A stretch of DNA of 64,000 nt from a candidate division FCPU426 bacterium. GTDB taxonomy: Bacteria; Oederibacteriota; PGYV01; Palsa-1178. The notes under the pieces were generated by a model. That model ran no database searches. It was not told the origin of the DNA and was given only the letters and a program-made list of their open reading frames with translations. The translations under genes were made by a program, and so were the position numbers. The stretch spans positions 1 through 64,000 of the forward strand of contig CAWIXE010000003.1 in assembly GCA_963840035.1 (NCBI GenBank), given 5' to 3'. The number at the start of each line of letters is the position of its first letter. Positions within the stretch are counted from its first letter, which is position 1. Below, piece after piece: positions 32,702 to 41,771 of the stretch.

Positions 32702-33718
32702 TTGGAAATCAGGAAAGTGGCAAAACTGGCAGGCGTGTCCCATATGACGGTTTCCAATGTCATTAACAACAAGGGCAGGATGTCGCAGAAGACCAGGGAA
32801 AAAGTCCTGCGCGTCATGAAAGAGCAAGACTATTACCCGAACGAAGCGGCTAGGGTGCTTTCCACGGGAAAAAAAGACGTGATCGCTTTTGTGAGCGCCA
32901 GGCTGGCGTCGCCTTTCATATCGGAGGTTCTCGCGTCCATAGAGGACAGGGCGTTTGAGGCCAACAAATACGTATACGGCATAGAGCACTTTTCCACGCG
33001 CGGGATTGAAAGCACGGGAGAAGAGCTCTTAAACAGGCTGCTTTTTTCAAAGAAAGTAAGCGCGGTCATTATCCTTTCAATACAGCCGAGCGCGGAAGTG
33101 GTCATGAAATACAGGAAAAAAGGCGTGCCGCTAATACTGCTTGAAAGCAGCGTAATAGGCGCGCACTCGGTACGCACCGATAATGTAAGGGCCTCCTTTG
33201 AAGCCGTGGATTACCTGGCCAAAAAGGGCAGGAAAAGGATCGGCATCATTGCGGGCAGGCAGATAATAGCCGCCAATGAAGAGCTCATGCCGACTTCCCT
33301 TGAAAGACTAAAGGGCTACATGGACGCGCTCAGGGCCAACGGCATAACCTTTGAGCCCGGGTTTGTGGAGGAATCATCGGATTATTCCTTTGAGGATGGC
33401 GTGAGAGCGCTGGATAATTTTATCGCAAGGAAGGCCGCCCTGGATGCGGTCTTTTGCCCGGCAGGCGATTTAACGGCAATGGGCGTCATGAGCAGGGCCA
33501 AGGAGCTCGGTATAAAAATACCGGGAGACCTGGCTATAATAGGATACGACGATACGCTCGCGGCAAGACTGCTGTCGCCGGCGCTGACCACTATCAGGCA
33601 GCCAATCGCGCAAATGGGCAGGCTTGCTTTTGACCTCGCGCTTGAGGCAATCCAGGGGAATATAGAAGATAAAGTCATTAACTTGCAGGCCGAGATGGTT
33701 GTGAGGGAATCAGCGTAG
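32702..33718 (+). CDS. LacI family transcriptional regulator
   Basis: HTH IRKVAKLAGVSHMTVSNVIN, YYPNEAAR, IPGDLAIIGYDD, PALTTIRQP, VVRESA. Confidence 0.95.
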   Translation: MEIRKVAKLAGVSHMTVSNVINNKGRMSQKTREKVLRVMKEQDYYPNEAARVLSTGKKDVIAFVSARLASPFISEVLASIEDRAFEANKYVYGIEHFSTRGIESTGEELLNRLLFSKKVSAVIILSIQPSAEVVMKYRKKGVPLILLESSVIGAHSVRTDNVRASFEAVDYLAKKGRKRIGIIAGRQIIAANEELMPTSLERLKGYMDALRANGITFEPGFVEESSDYSFEDGVRALDNFIARKAALDAVFCPAGDLTAMGVMSRAKELGIKIPGDLAIIGYDDTLAARLLSPALTTIRQPIAQMGRLAFDLALEAIQGNIEDKVINLQAEMVVRESA

Positions 33719-33721
33719 AAG

Positions 33722-33954
33722 CATGGCTTTAGGGAGCCGTACTTCCAGACTCTTCTGAAATTATATCCGAGAAAGTCAAAGCTGTCCGTTTCCGTCTGTA
33801 TGACCCTTGTTTTCTCACCCTTTAAATGCAAATCAAACCGTTTGCACCGCCGTTTGTACCAGCCTGTCTTTCACAGTCGGTATGCCCGGTTTGTTGGCCT
33901 TAACCTGCGCCCACGCTTCCTCAAGAACCTCTTTTGCGGAGTTAATAGGCTCAC
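33722..33954 (-). pseudogene. Internally deleted group II intron reverse transcriptase relic
   Basis: Successive fragments VSLLTPQK / EVLEEAWAQVKANK / PGIPTVKDRLVQTAV / LHLKGEKTRVI..SFDFLGYNFRR in ~230 nt; the YADD region is absent. Confidence 0.75.
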
Positions 33955-34063
33955 ACAAATCCCCAATCCTTTCCTGTAAATTTAACTTTCGTCTGCGAGG
34001 GGGGCTAAGACTGGACAAGTTTGCTGAAAGGGCATAATATAGGAAAAATAGTAAAAGTAAATT

Positions 34064-34132
34064 ATAGAGACGAGGCCCGAGCCCGTCTCTGGGAAGGGCC
34101 TGCTTTGAGAAGGGTACGGGCCCCTTCTCTAC
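34064..34132. repeat. Degenerate inverted REP pair
   Basis: ATAGAGACG..CGTCTCT and GAGAAGGG..CCCTTCTCTAC hairpins. Confidence 0.5.
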
Positions 34133-34143
34133 GCCCCCTTTGG

Positions 34144-34172
34144 TTGACATATTCAATTCCCAGGGTTATAAT
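34144..34172 (+). promoter_or_regulatory. Consensus sigma70 promoter
   Basis: TTGACA-N17-TATAAT, ending 43 nt before ATG 34216. Confidence 0.8.
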
Positions 34173-34215
34173 CTTGAACACGGGAATAAACGATACGACT
34201 CAAACAGGAGACTAC

Positions 34216-35379
34216 ATGAAAATAATAATCATTGGCAACGGCGCTGCGGGGATTGCCGCGGCAGAGGCTGTACGGAAAAAGGACGCCGACGCGGAAATTA
34301 TCATGCTCAACAGTGAGAGGTATTATCATTACTCCAGGCCGCGCGTTATTGAATTTCTCGCCGGCAAAGTATCGCTCGAGCAGATAACCATAAAGAATTC
34401 AGAGTTTTATGAAAAGAACCGCATCAGGCTTGTTATGCTCGTGAAGGTGGAAAAGATAGACCCTGCGAAAAAGACCGTTTACCTCGAAGGCGGCATAGAC
34501 GAGACTTACGACAAACTCATAATCGCGGCAGGGGCGTATTCGTTCCTTCCGCCGGTTGAGGGTTCTGACAGCGAAGGCGTCTTCACGCTGCGCACCATAG
34601 ACGACGCCAAAGCCATCATAGAATACGCGAAGGATAAGAATGAAGCTGTTTTAGTCGGAGGCGGTCTGCTGGGCATAGAGGCGGCCATATCCTTAACCGC
34701 TCTTGGCTTAAAAACAACGGTTGTTGAGGTCTTTGACAGGCTCCTTCCGAGGCAGCTTGACGCGGAATGCGCCGCGCACCTGCAGAAACTCCTTGAAGAA
34801 AAATCGCTGAACTTCCTCCTGCCAAGGCAGTCGGCGTCCATAGTTAAAGATGGCGCCGGATTAAAACTGAATTTCAAGGACGGGTCATACGTGTCAGCCG
34901 GGCTGATACTATTTTCGGCCGGCATAAGATGCTCCATGAAATTAGCCGAAGGCTCCGGATTGGCGATGGATAAGGGTATTAAGGTAAACAATTACATGGA
35001 AACAAATATTCCTGACATTTACGCGTGCGGCGATATAGCCGAGTATAACGGCATGGTCTACGGCATATGGCCCGCGGCCAGGGAACAGGGCACGGCAGCG
35101 GGTCTGAACGCGGCCGGGGAAAAGACAGAGTATAAAGGCAGCGTACTCTCCACAAAACTTAAAGTGGCGGGCATAGACCTGGCTTCGCTGGGTAACATTG
35201 AAGCTGGAGCCGGGGTGGAGGCCTTTGTTAAAAAGGAAGGCAGCGCCATAAAAAAGATATTTATTAAGGACGGTAAAATATCAGGGGCGATACTGCTCGG
35301 AGAAACGTCTAAATATCAGGCGTTGCAGGAATTGATGAAAAAGGGCGCGGCAGTCAGCAGCCCTGAAAATTATATTTAG
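34216..35379 (+). CDS. NAD(P)H/FAD-dependent oxidoreductase, NADH:rubredoxin oxidoreductase-like
   Basis: IIIGNGAAG, VFTLRTIDDA, VGGGLLGIE, TNIPDIYACGDIAE, TKLKVAGIDL; located at the head of the oxidative-stress cluster. Confidence 0.85.
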   Translation: MKIIIIGNGAAGIAAAEAVRKKDADAEIIMLNSERYYHYSRPRVIEFLAGKVSLEQITIKNSEFYEKNRIRLVMLVKVEKIDPAKKTVYLEGGIDETYDKLIIAAGAYSFLPPVEGSDSEGVFTLRTIDDAKAIIEYAKDKNEAVLVGGGLLGIEAAISLTALGLKTTVVEVFDRLLPRQLDAECAAHLQKLLEEKSLNFLLPRQSASIVKDGAGLKLNFKDGSYVSAGLILFSAGIRCSMKLAEGSGLAMDKGIKVNNYMETNIPDIYACGDIAEYNGMVYGIWPAAREQGTAAGLNAAGEKTEYKGSVLSTKLKVAGIDLASLGNIEAGAGVEAFVKKEGSAIKKIFIKDGKISGAILLGETSKYQALQELMKKGAAVSSPENYI

Positions 35380-35387
35380 GAGGGATT

Positions 35388-35780
35388 ATGAAAAAAACAC
35401 TCGTACTGGTACTGACGCTCGCGCTTGCAGGATTTTTTGTTTCATGCTCACAGCCTTCAAAAGAGGCAAAACCCACAAAGGAAGAATACTCAAAGCAGGT
35501 AAAACTGAAGCTTTATGACGCTGAGAGGAAGATTGACCGGCTTGACAGGGCCGCGGCCGCGAAGAAAATAAAGGCAAAACAGGCATCGGCCGCGAAAGCC
35601 TCCAGAGAGCAGTTTGAGGCGCTGCAGGATAAGGTGTCGGAAATGGAAAGCGCGGCAGCGGACAACTGGGACTCATTTACAGCCGGAATTGAGTCGGGTA
35701 TGGCAAACCTGAATTTCAACCTTGAGCAGCTGCTGCAGAATGTTCAGGAAGAGAAAAGTGAAAGCGTTGAAAAAAACTAG
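35388..35780 (+). CDS. Coiled-coil lipoprotein
   Basis: Lipobox-like FFVSC; helical body ending AAADNWDSFTAGIESG. Confidence 0.7.
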   Translation: MKKTLVLVLTLALAGFFVSCSQPSKEAKPTKEEYSKQVKLKLYDAERKIDRLDRAAAAKKIKAKQASAAKASREQFEALQDKVSEMESAAADNWDSFTAGIESGMANLNFNLEQLLQNVQEEKSESVEKN

Positions 35781-35907
35781 AAAATAGGACAAACATAGAG
35801 AAAGGCCAGTTTAATTAAGGATATGAAATATGTGTCCATTAATTGTGTACATTTCCCAGAATATCAATCTGCAGCTAAAAAAGCCGATAAAATAGCGATT
35901 AAAACAT

Positions 35908-35951
35908 TTGACAAGCATGGCGCTTTCGTGTATATTTGTAATCATTACAAA
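35908..35951 (+). promoter_or_regulatory. Sigma70 promoter overlapped by a PerR/Fur-type box
   Basis: TTGACA-N17-TATATT; perfect 8-1-8 palindrome TTTGTAAT-C-ATTACAAA at 35935-35951. Confidence 0.75.
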
Positions 35952-36043
35952 GTTGTTATGTAGTCAAACTTGTAAAAAAAGTTGAAAATGAGTATTTATA
36001 GGCTATAATTATAAGGCAACATCAAATCTAAGGGAGGCTTAAA

Positions 36044-36535
36044 ATGATCGGAAAAAAAATGGAAGCGGCAATCAACAAGCAGATCAACGCGGAGTTTTAC
36101 TCGTCTTTTCTTTATCTCTCAATGTCGGCTGATTTTGAATCAAAGAATTTAAGGGGTATTGCCCAGTGGCTTAAAGTACAGGCTGAAGAGGAAACAAAAC
36201 ACGCGATGAGGTTTTATACGCATCTTGTTGATAGGTCAGGAAAGGTAAAACTCGACGCCATAGACGCGCCAAAGCAGGAGTGGAAATCAGCGCTTGAAGC
36301 TTTTGAAGAAGCATACGCGCATGAGCAGAAAGTCACCGGCATGATCTACAAACTCGTGGAAATTTCCAAAGACGAAAAAGACTACGCCGCTGAATCAATG
36401 CTCAAATGGTTTGTTGACGAGCAGGTTGAAGAAGAAGCCCAGACCCTGGAGATAGTTGACATATTAAAAATGATAGGCGACTCAAAAGGTTCGCTATTCC
36501 AGCTCGACCATAAGCTCGGACACAGAAAAGACTAA
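36044..36535 (+). CDS. ftnA: Non-heme ferritin
   Basis: NKQINAEFYSSFLYLSM, EETKHA, HEQKVT, WFVDEQVEEE. Confidence 0.95.
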   Translation: MIGKKMEAAINKQINAEFYSSFLYLSMSADFESKNLRGIAQWLKVQAEEETKHAMRFYTHLVDRSGKVKLDAIDAPKQEWKSALEAFEEAYAHEQKVTGMIYKLVEISKDEKDYAAESMLKWFVDEQVEEEAQTLEIVDILKMIGDSKGSLFQLDHKLGHRKD

Positions 36536-36552
36536 AAAATCTGACGGAGCGC

Positions 36553-36984
36553 GTGATGGAAAACACAAAATTCAGCCCTAAGGAAACCGGCGACAGGCTT
36601 AAGTCAAAAGGAATAAAACCTTCTGTCATCAGGATAAAGGTCCTTCAGTACCTGCTTGAGAACAGGGCCCACCCGAATGCCGACGCCATACACCGGTCTC
36701 TTTCCCGCGAGATGCCCACGCTCTCAAAGACAAGCATATATAACGCCCTTAAATTATTTTCCGAAAAAGGAATGGTAACGGAAATAAAGGGCGAGAATGG
36801 GGAACTGCGTTACGACGGCTATACGAACAGGCACGCGCATTTCCTGTGCACGGAGTGCGGCAAGCTTTTTGACATAGACCTTGAGTGCCAGGCATGCAAA
36901 AGCAAAGACCTTATTGGTTCAAAGATAACAGAGGAATCTGTTTACTTAAAGGGGCTGTGCGCCTCCTGTAATAAGCAGGGATAA
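36553..36984 (+). CDS. perR: Fur-family regulator, PerR-like
   Basis: HPNADAI, LSKTSIYNAL, RYDG..HAHFLCTECG, GLCASC; oxidative-stress context. Confidence 0.8.
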   Translation: MMENTKFSPKETGDRLKSKGIKPSVIRIKVLQYLLENRAHPNADAIHRSLSREMPTLSKTSIYNALKLFSEKGMVTEIKGENGELRYDGYTNRHAHFLCTECGKLFDIDLECQACKSKDLIGSKITEESVYLKGLCASCNKQG

Positions 36985-36988
36985 CGCC

Positions 36989-37489
36989 ATGGCCGGGATA
37001 CTGAAAAGCGGCGCTAAGGCGCCCGCGTTTAAGCTAAAGGACGCTAAGGAAAACGAAGTAAGCCTGAAGGACTTCGCGGGCAGCTGGGTAGTGCTCTATT
37101 TTTATCCGAAAGACAATACGCCTGGATGCACCATAGAGGCTAAGGATTTCACAAAGGAACTGGCCGGTTTTGAAAAGCTCGGCGCCCGGATCCTCGGAGT
37201 CTCCGCGGACTCATGTGAAAGCCACAGAAAATTCATAACAAAACAAAATTTAAAAATAACTTTATTGTCGGACGAATCAAAAACCGTGCTGAAAAAGTAC
37301 GGCGTATGGGGGAAGAAGAATTTCATGGGAAAAAGTTTTATGGGGGTTATCCGCACTACATACCTCATAGACCCTAAGGGGAAAGTGGCGCGCGTGTGGG
37401 AAGAAGTATCCGTAAAAGGGCACGCGGGGGATGTGAAAAAAGCCGTTAAGGATTTTCAGACGGAAACCGGAGGAATTAATGGGAAATAA
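36989..37489 (+). CDS. bcp: Bcp/PrxQ peroxiredoxin
   Basis: VLYFYPKDNTPGCTIEA, IRTTYLID. Confidence 0.93.
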   Translation: MAGILKSGAKAPAFKLKDAKENEVSLKDFAGSWVVLYFYPKDNTPGCTIEAKDFTKELAGFEKLGARILGVSADSCESHRKFITKQNLKITLLSDESKTVLKKYGVWGKKNFMGKSFMGVIRTTYLIDPKGKVARVWEEVSVKGHAGDVKKAVKDFQTETGGINGK

Positions 37490-38657
37490 GCTGGCGGAAA
37501 ATGTTTATCTGGTAGGGGCGAAACACTGGGACAGGAAGTTATTTGACGAGTTGATACCGCTGCCTGACGGCACAAGCTACAATTCATATCTTGTCAAGGG
37601 GTCGGATAAGACGGCGCTGATAGATACCGTAGACCCGGCAGTCAGGGAACAGCTTTTCGAAAACCTGAAAAAACTGGGAATTAAAAAAATAGACTACGTC
37701 ATAGCAAACCACGCTGAGCAGGACCATTCAGGATCCATACCTTACGTGCTGGCGGCGTTCCCTGAAGCGGTGCTCGTCACGAATGAAAAGTGCGCGGCTA
37801 TGCTCAAGGATTTTACCCTGATTACGGACAGCAGGCTTAAGGTAATTAAGGACGGCGAAACCATTGACCTGGGCGGGAAAACCCTTGAGTTCTGCCTTAT
37901 CCCGTGGGTACACTGGCCCGAGACCATGTCAACCTATCTTAAGGAAGACGGAATACTTTTTTCATGCGATTTCTTCGGCTCGCACGTGGCAGCCGCGGAT
38001 ATGTTCGACTCCGCTCATTTTTACAGGCAGGCAAAGCGCTACTACGCCGAGATAATGTCCCCCTTCAGGAACAATGTCAGGAATAACATCGCAAAAGTCG
38101 AAAAATTCAAACTGAATATAATCGCGCCGTCCCATGGCTATATACACACAAAACCACAGGCTATAATTGACGCCTATAAGGACTGGTCGTCTGAGAGCGT
38201 AAAAAATGAAGTGGTGCTGGCGTATATCTCCATGCACGATTCCACAAAGAAAATGGCCGAGTACTTAAGGGAAGCCCTGATAGACCGCGGCATAGATGTG
38301 CATTTTTTCAACCTTTCGGGTGCTGACCTGGGAGAGATAGCCATGCAGCTGGTGGACGCGGCAACTCTCGTGCTCGGAGCGCCAACAGTGCTTGCCGGGC
38401 TTCATCCGGTGGGAATGAACATCGCGTATATCGCGAACGCCCTGCGGCCGAAGACGAAGTTTGTGTCGCTTATTACCTCCTTTAGCTGGGGGGAAAAAGC
38501 GGCAGAGGCTGTTAAGGCCACACTTACTAATTTTAAGGCCGAACTGTTAACTCCGGTCATATCTAAGGGATATCCGAAGGAAGCGGAATTTAAGGAATTG
38601 GACAGACTGGCCGACGAAATAGCGGCTAAGCATAAGGAGATAGGGGTACTTAAATAA
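37479..38657 (+). CDS. fprA: Flavodiiron protein (FprA)
   Basis: GTSYNSYL, NHAEQDHSG, VHWPET, FSCDFFGSH, APSHG, plus a flavodoxin domain. Confidence 0.93.
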   Translation: MGNKLAENVYLVGAKHWDRKLFDELIPLPDGTSYNSYLVKGSDKTALIDTVDPAVREQLFENLKKLGIKKIDYVIANHAEQDHSGSIPYVLAAFPEAVLVTNEKCAAMLKDFTLITDSRLKVIKDGETIDLGGKTLEFCLIPWVHWPETMSTYLKEDGILFSCDFFGSHVAAADMFDSAHFYRQAKRYYAEIMSPFRNNVRNNIAKVEKFKLNIIAPSHGYIHTKPQAIIDAYKDWSSESVKNEVVLAYISMHDSTKKMAEYLREALIDRGIDVHFFNLSGADLGEIAMQLVDAATLVLGAPTVLAGLHPVGMNIAYIANALRPKTKFVSLITSFSWGEKAAEAVKATLTNFKAELLTPVISKGYPKEAEFKELDRLADEIAAKHKEIGVLK

Positions 38658-38658
38658 T

Positions 38659-38780
38659 ATTTTAGATTTTTGATTGCAGATTTTAGATTTAATGAGCTCC
38701 GCGGCACTATTATAATAGAGCCATGGAATACCTTAAATTTAAAATATAAAATTTGAAATCTAAAATTACAAAAACGGAGG
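38659..38780. repeat. Heptamer-periodic inverted-repeat spacer, copy 1
   Basis: ATTTTAG/ATTTTTG/ATTGCAG.. arm, core TATTATAATAGAGCCATGGAATACC, complementary arm, then the dfx RBS. Confidence 0.85.
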
Positions 38781-38787
38781 TATTATC

Positions 38788-39168
38788 ATGGCAAAAGCTT
38801 TAGAGATCTACAAATGCGCGAAATGCGGGAATGTAATTGAAGTACTCATCGGCGGAAACGGGGAGCTTGTGTGCTGCGGCGAGCCCATGAAGCTGCTTGA
38901 CGAGAAGAACAAGGAAGGCGCCGGGGAAAAGCATCTGCCGGTCATCGAACTTAAGGACAATGGCGTGCTAATCAAAGTTGGCTCAGTGCCGCATCCTATG
39001 GACGCTGACCACTGGATACAGTTCATAGAGGTCATCCGCAAGGACGGAAAAGTCGGCAGGAAAAACCTGAATCCGGGCGACAAACCAGAGGCTTTCTTCA
39101 TTATGAAGAAAGAGGACATCCTGCAGGTCAGGGAGCTTTGCAATAAACACGGGCTCTGGACGGCGTAA
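38788..39168 (+). CDS. dfx: Desulfoferrodoxin (2Fe superoxide reductase)
   Basis: YKCAKCGN..LVCCGEPM, EKHLP, HPM..DHWIQ, CNKHG. Confidence 0.95.
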   Translation: MAKALEIYKCAKCGNVIEVLIGGNGELVCCGEPMKLLDEKNKEGAGEKHLPVIELKDNGVLIKVGSVPHPMDADHWIQFIEVIRKDGKVGRKNLNPGDKPEAFFIMKKEDILQVRELCNKHGLWTA

Positions 39169-39172
39169 GGCG

Positions 39173-39290
39173 ATTTTAGATTTTTGATTGCAGATTTTAG
39201 ATTTAAGGAAGGTGAGGCGTTTATTATAATAGAGCCATGGAATACCTTAAATCTAAAATATAAAATTTGAAATATAAAATAAACGGAGGT
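39173..39290. repeat. Heptamer-periodic inverted-repeat spacer, copy 2
   Basis: Near-identical to 38659-38780 except for ~17 nt of the loop; ends in the rbr RBS. Confidence 0.85.
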
Positions 39291-39297
39291 AATTGAA

Positions 39298-39873
39298 ATG
39301 GCATCGTTAAAGGGAACACAGACTGAAAAAAACCTTCTCGCTTCGTTCGCGGGGGAGTCGCAGGCGCGCAACCGGTACACGTTTTTCGCTTCACAGGCAA
39401 AAAAGGACGGATTCGAACAGATATCGGCCATATTTTTAGAGACGGCCGAGAATGAAAGGGAACACGCGAAAAGGTTCTTTAAGTTCCTTGAAGGCGGGGC
39501 AGTGGAGATTACGGCAATGTACCCGGCGGGACAGATAGCCACAACGCTCGAGAACCTGAAAGCCTCGGCCGAGGGTGAACACGAGGAGCATTCAAAGATA
39601 TACCCTAAATTTGCGGATATCGCCGAAAAAGAAGGGTTTAAGGACGTTGCCGCCGCGTTTAAGTATATAGCAAAGGTCGAAGTGGAGCATGAGAACAGGT
39701 ACTCAAAACTTATAGCAAATATAGAAAATGAGCAGGTATTTAAAAAGGACGGCAAAGTGCGCTGGAAATGCAGGAACTGCGGCTTAGTGCACGAAGGCCC
39801 CGAAGCCCCGGAAAAATGCCCGGCATGCCTGCACCCGAAAACGTACTTTGAGATAAAAGAGACGAATTACTGA
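39298..39873 (+). CDS. rbr: Rubrerythrin
   Basis: FAGESQARNRY, ENEREHA, EVEHE, WKCRNCG..CPACLHP. Confidence 0.96.
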   Translation: MASLKGTQTEKNLLASFAGESQARNRYTFFASQAKKDGFEQISAIFLETAENEREHAKRFFKFLEGGAVEITAMYPAGQIATTLENLKASAEGEHEEHSKIYPKFADIAEKEGFKDVAAAFKYIAKVEVEHENRYSKLIANIENEQVFKKDGKVRWKCRNCGLVHEGPEAPEKCPACLHPKTYFEIKETNY

Positions 39874-39877
39874 TATA

Positions 39878-39955
39878 GTCCCAGGACCCATGACCCAAGA
39901 CCCAGAAATACAGGCCCGTTATTGACTTGGGTCATGGGTCTTGGGGCATGGGACA
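39878..39955. repeat. Heptamer-periodic inverted repeat (GACCCAN type)
   Basis: GTCCCAG GACCCAT GACCCAA GACCCAG .. TTGGGTC ATGGGTC TTGGGGC ATGGGAC. Confidence 0.8.
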
Positions 39956-39971
39956 AACAGAATGGGGAAAA

Positions 39972-41717
39972 ATGGGAAAAACAAAAAAGGGTAAAAAAAC
40001 AACCACAACAGCGTCCAGCTTTAACATTGTATTAGCCGGCGAGGCCGGGCAGGGGATACAGTCGATAGAAACCATCCTTGTTTCCATCCTGAAAAAAGAC
40101 GGCTTTAATACCTTTGCCACCAAGGAGTACATGTCCAGGATACGCGGCGGGGTTAATTCAACGGAAATCAGGGTATCTGACAAACCCGTGCGCTCGCATT
40201 CTTCATCCATAGACCTGCTTATCCCGTTCAGCAACGAATCTATAGGGCACCTTCAAAAACGCATTTCAAAGTCAACGGTTATACTGGCCGATAAAACCAA
40301 CGTTACTGACAGCAAAATCACGAACATACCTTTTCAGCGCATAGCTTCGGAGTTCGGCGATGTTATTTACACCAATACGGTCGCCGTGGGCACGATATGC
40401 GGAATACTCGGCACGTCGGAAGACGTGATGGCCGCTGAAATAACCTCGCGTTTCTCAAAAAAGGGCGATGAGGTTGTGGCCAAGAACATACAGTCCGCGA
40501 AAAGCGGTTATACCATAGGAAGTGAGCTTGTAAAGAACGGCATCATAAAATCCGTGGTAAAAAAAGACCCGTCAGTTATTCACCAGTACATGTTAAGCGG
40601 GGCTGACGCAGTGGCGCTCGGCGCGATTGCCGGAGGGTGTGATTCCTGTTTTGCATACCCCATGACCCCCGGTACGTCGGTATTTACATTTATGGCGGAT
40701 AATCAGAACAGGACGGGGATGGCAGTCGAGCAGGTGGAAGATGAGATAGGAGTAATTAACATGGCCATCGGAGCCTGGTACGCGGGCGGGCGTTCAATGG
40801 TTTCCACATCAGGCGGCGGGTTTGCGCTCATGACCGAAGGCGTATCGCTCGCCGGCATGATAGAATCACCGGTTGTAATTCATCTGGCGCAGAGGCCGGG
40901 GCCGGCCACGGGACTGCCCACAAGGACCCAGCAGGGGGACCTGAACATGGCATTATACGCGGGACACGGTTTTTTTTCCCGCATCATACTCGCGCCCGGC
41001 GACACTAAACAGGCGTTTTATTTGACCCAGCGGGCTTTTAACCTGGCGGCAGAGTTCCAGCTGCCGGTTTTCATTTTGACTGACCAGTACTTTGTGGACT
41101 CATATTATAATGAAAAAGGAATAAGCGTAAATGGGCTCAGCATAGACAAGCATATAACAGAAACAGCCCCGGGATATAAAAGATACGCTTACACAAAGGA
41201 CGGAATATCACCCAGGGGAGTCCCGGGTTACGGGGCCGGAATGGTATGCGCGGATTCAGACGAGCATGACGAAGAGGGGCGCATAACAGAGGATTTGGAC
41301 GGAGTCAGGCAAAAGATGACGGAGAAAAGGATGAAGAAGGCGGAAACGGTTAAAAAGGCGGCTTTAGCGCCGGAACTTATAGGGCCTAAGGATTATAAGA
41401 AACTGATCGTGAGCTGGGGTTCAAACTACAATACCATAAAGGAAGCCATGGAAATCATAAATGATAAGGCGCTCGCTTTCCTGCACTTTCCGCAGGTTTA
41501 CCCGCTGCCAAAAGAAACAGCCGCGTACTTAAAGAAAACCAAAAAAATTATCCTTATAGAAAATAATGAGACAGGCCAGTTTGGAGACCTGATAAAACTT
41601 GAAACAGGAATAGATATTAAGGAACGGATACTTAAGTTTAACGGCATGCCGTTTAGCGTGGAAGAAATAGTCAGCAGTCTCAAGACCCAGGACCCGGGGC
41701 CCAAAAAACATAAATAG
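39972..41717 (+). CDS. korA: 2-oxoacid:ferredoxin oxidoreductase, alpha subunit (gamma-alpha fusion)
   Basis: AGEAGQGI, EYMSRIRGG, AYPMTP, QVEDEI, TSGGGFALMTE, QRPGPATGLPT, SDEHDE. Confidence 0.9.
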   Translation: MGKTKKGKKTTTTASSFNIVLAGEAGQGIQSIETILVSILKKDGFNTFATKEYMSRIRGGVNSTEIRVSDKPVRSHSSSIDLLIPFSNESIGHLQKRISKSTVILADKTNVTDSKITNIPFQRIASEFGDVIYTNTVAVGTICGILGTSEDVMAAEITSRFSKKGDEVVAKNIQSAKSGYTIGSELVKNGIIKSVVKKDPSVIHQYMLSGADAVALGAIAGGCDSCFAYPMTPGTSVFTFMADNQNRTGMAVEQVEDEIGVINMAIGAWYAGGRSMVSTSGGGFALMTEGVSLAGMIESPVVIHLAQRPGPATGLPTRTQQGDLNMALYAGHGFFSRIILAPGDTKQAFYLTQRAFNLAAEFQLPVFILTDQYFVDSYYNEKGISVNGLSIDKHITETAPGYKRYAYTKDGISPRGVPGYGAGMVCADSDEHDEEGRITEDLDGVRQKMTEKRMKKAETVKKAALAPELIGPKDYKKLIVSWGSNYNTIKEAMEIINDKALAFLHFPQVYPLPKETAAYLKKTKKIILIENNETGQFGDLIKLETGIDIKERILKFNGMPFSVEEIVSSLKTQDPGPKKHK

Positions 41718-41759
41718 CAGTTTTTTGACTTGGGTCATGAGCCATGGGTCTTGGGACAT
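41678..41759. repeat. Heptamer-periodic inverted repeat (GACCCAN type) overlapping the korA 3' end
   Basis: GTCTCAA GACCCAG GACCCGG .. TTGGGTC ATGAGCC ATGGGTC TTGGGAC; the left arm is translated as KTQDPGPK. Confidence 0.75.
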
Positions 41760-41771
41760 ACAAGGAGCTTT

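Noticed and set aside
33382..34156. Functional RT, retron or DGR; ORFs 33382-33831 and 33833-34156
   Set aside because: The catalytic YADD region is missing, the fragments are in different frames, and no TR/VR pair or accessory gene is present; most of 33382-33831 is lacI antisense.
38808..39755. 315-aa minus-strand ORF and similar antisense ORFs (e.g. 30362-31432)
   Set aside because: Antisense to well-supported genes (dfx, rbr, PorV-TPR, PP2C), with no recognisable motifs.
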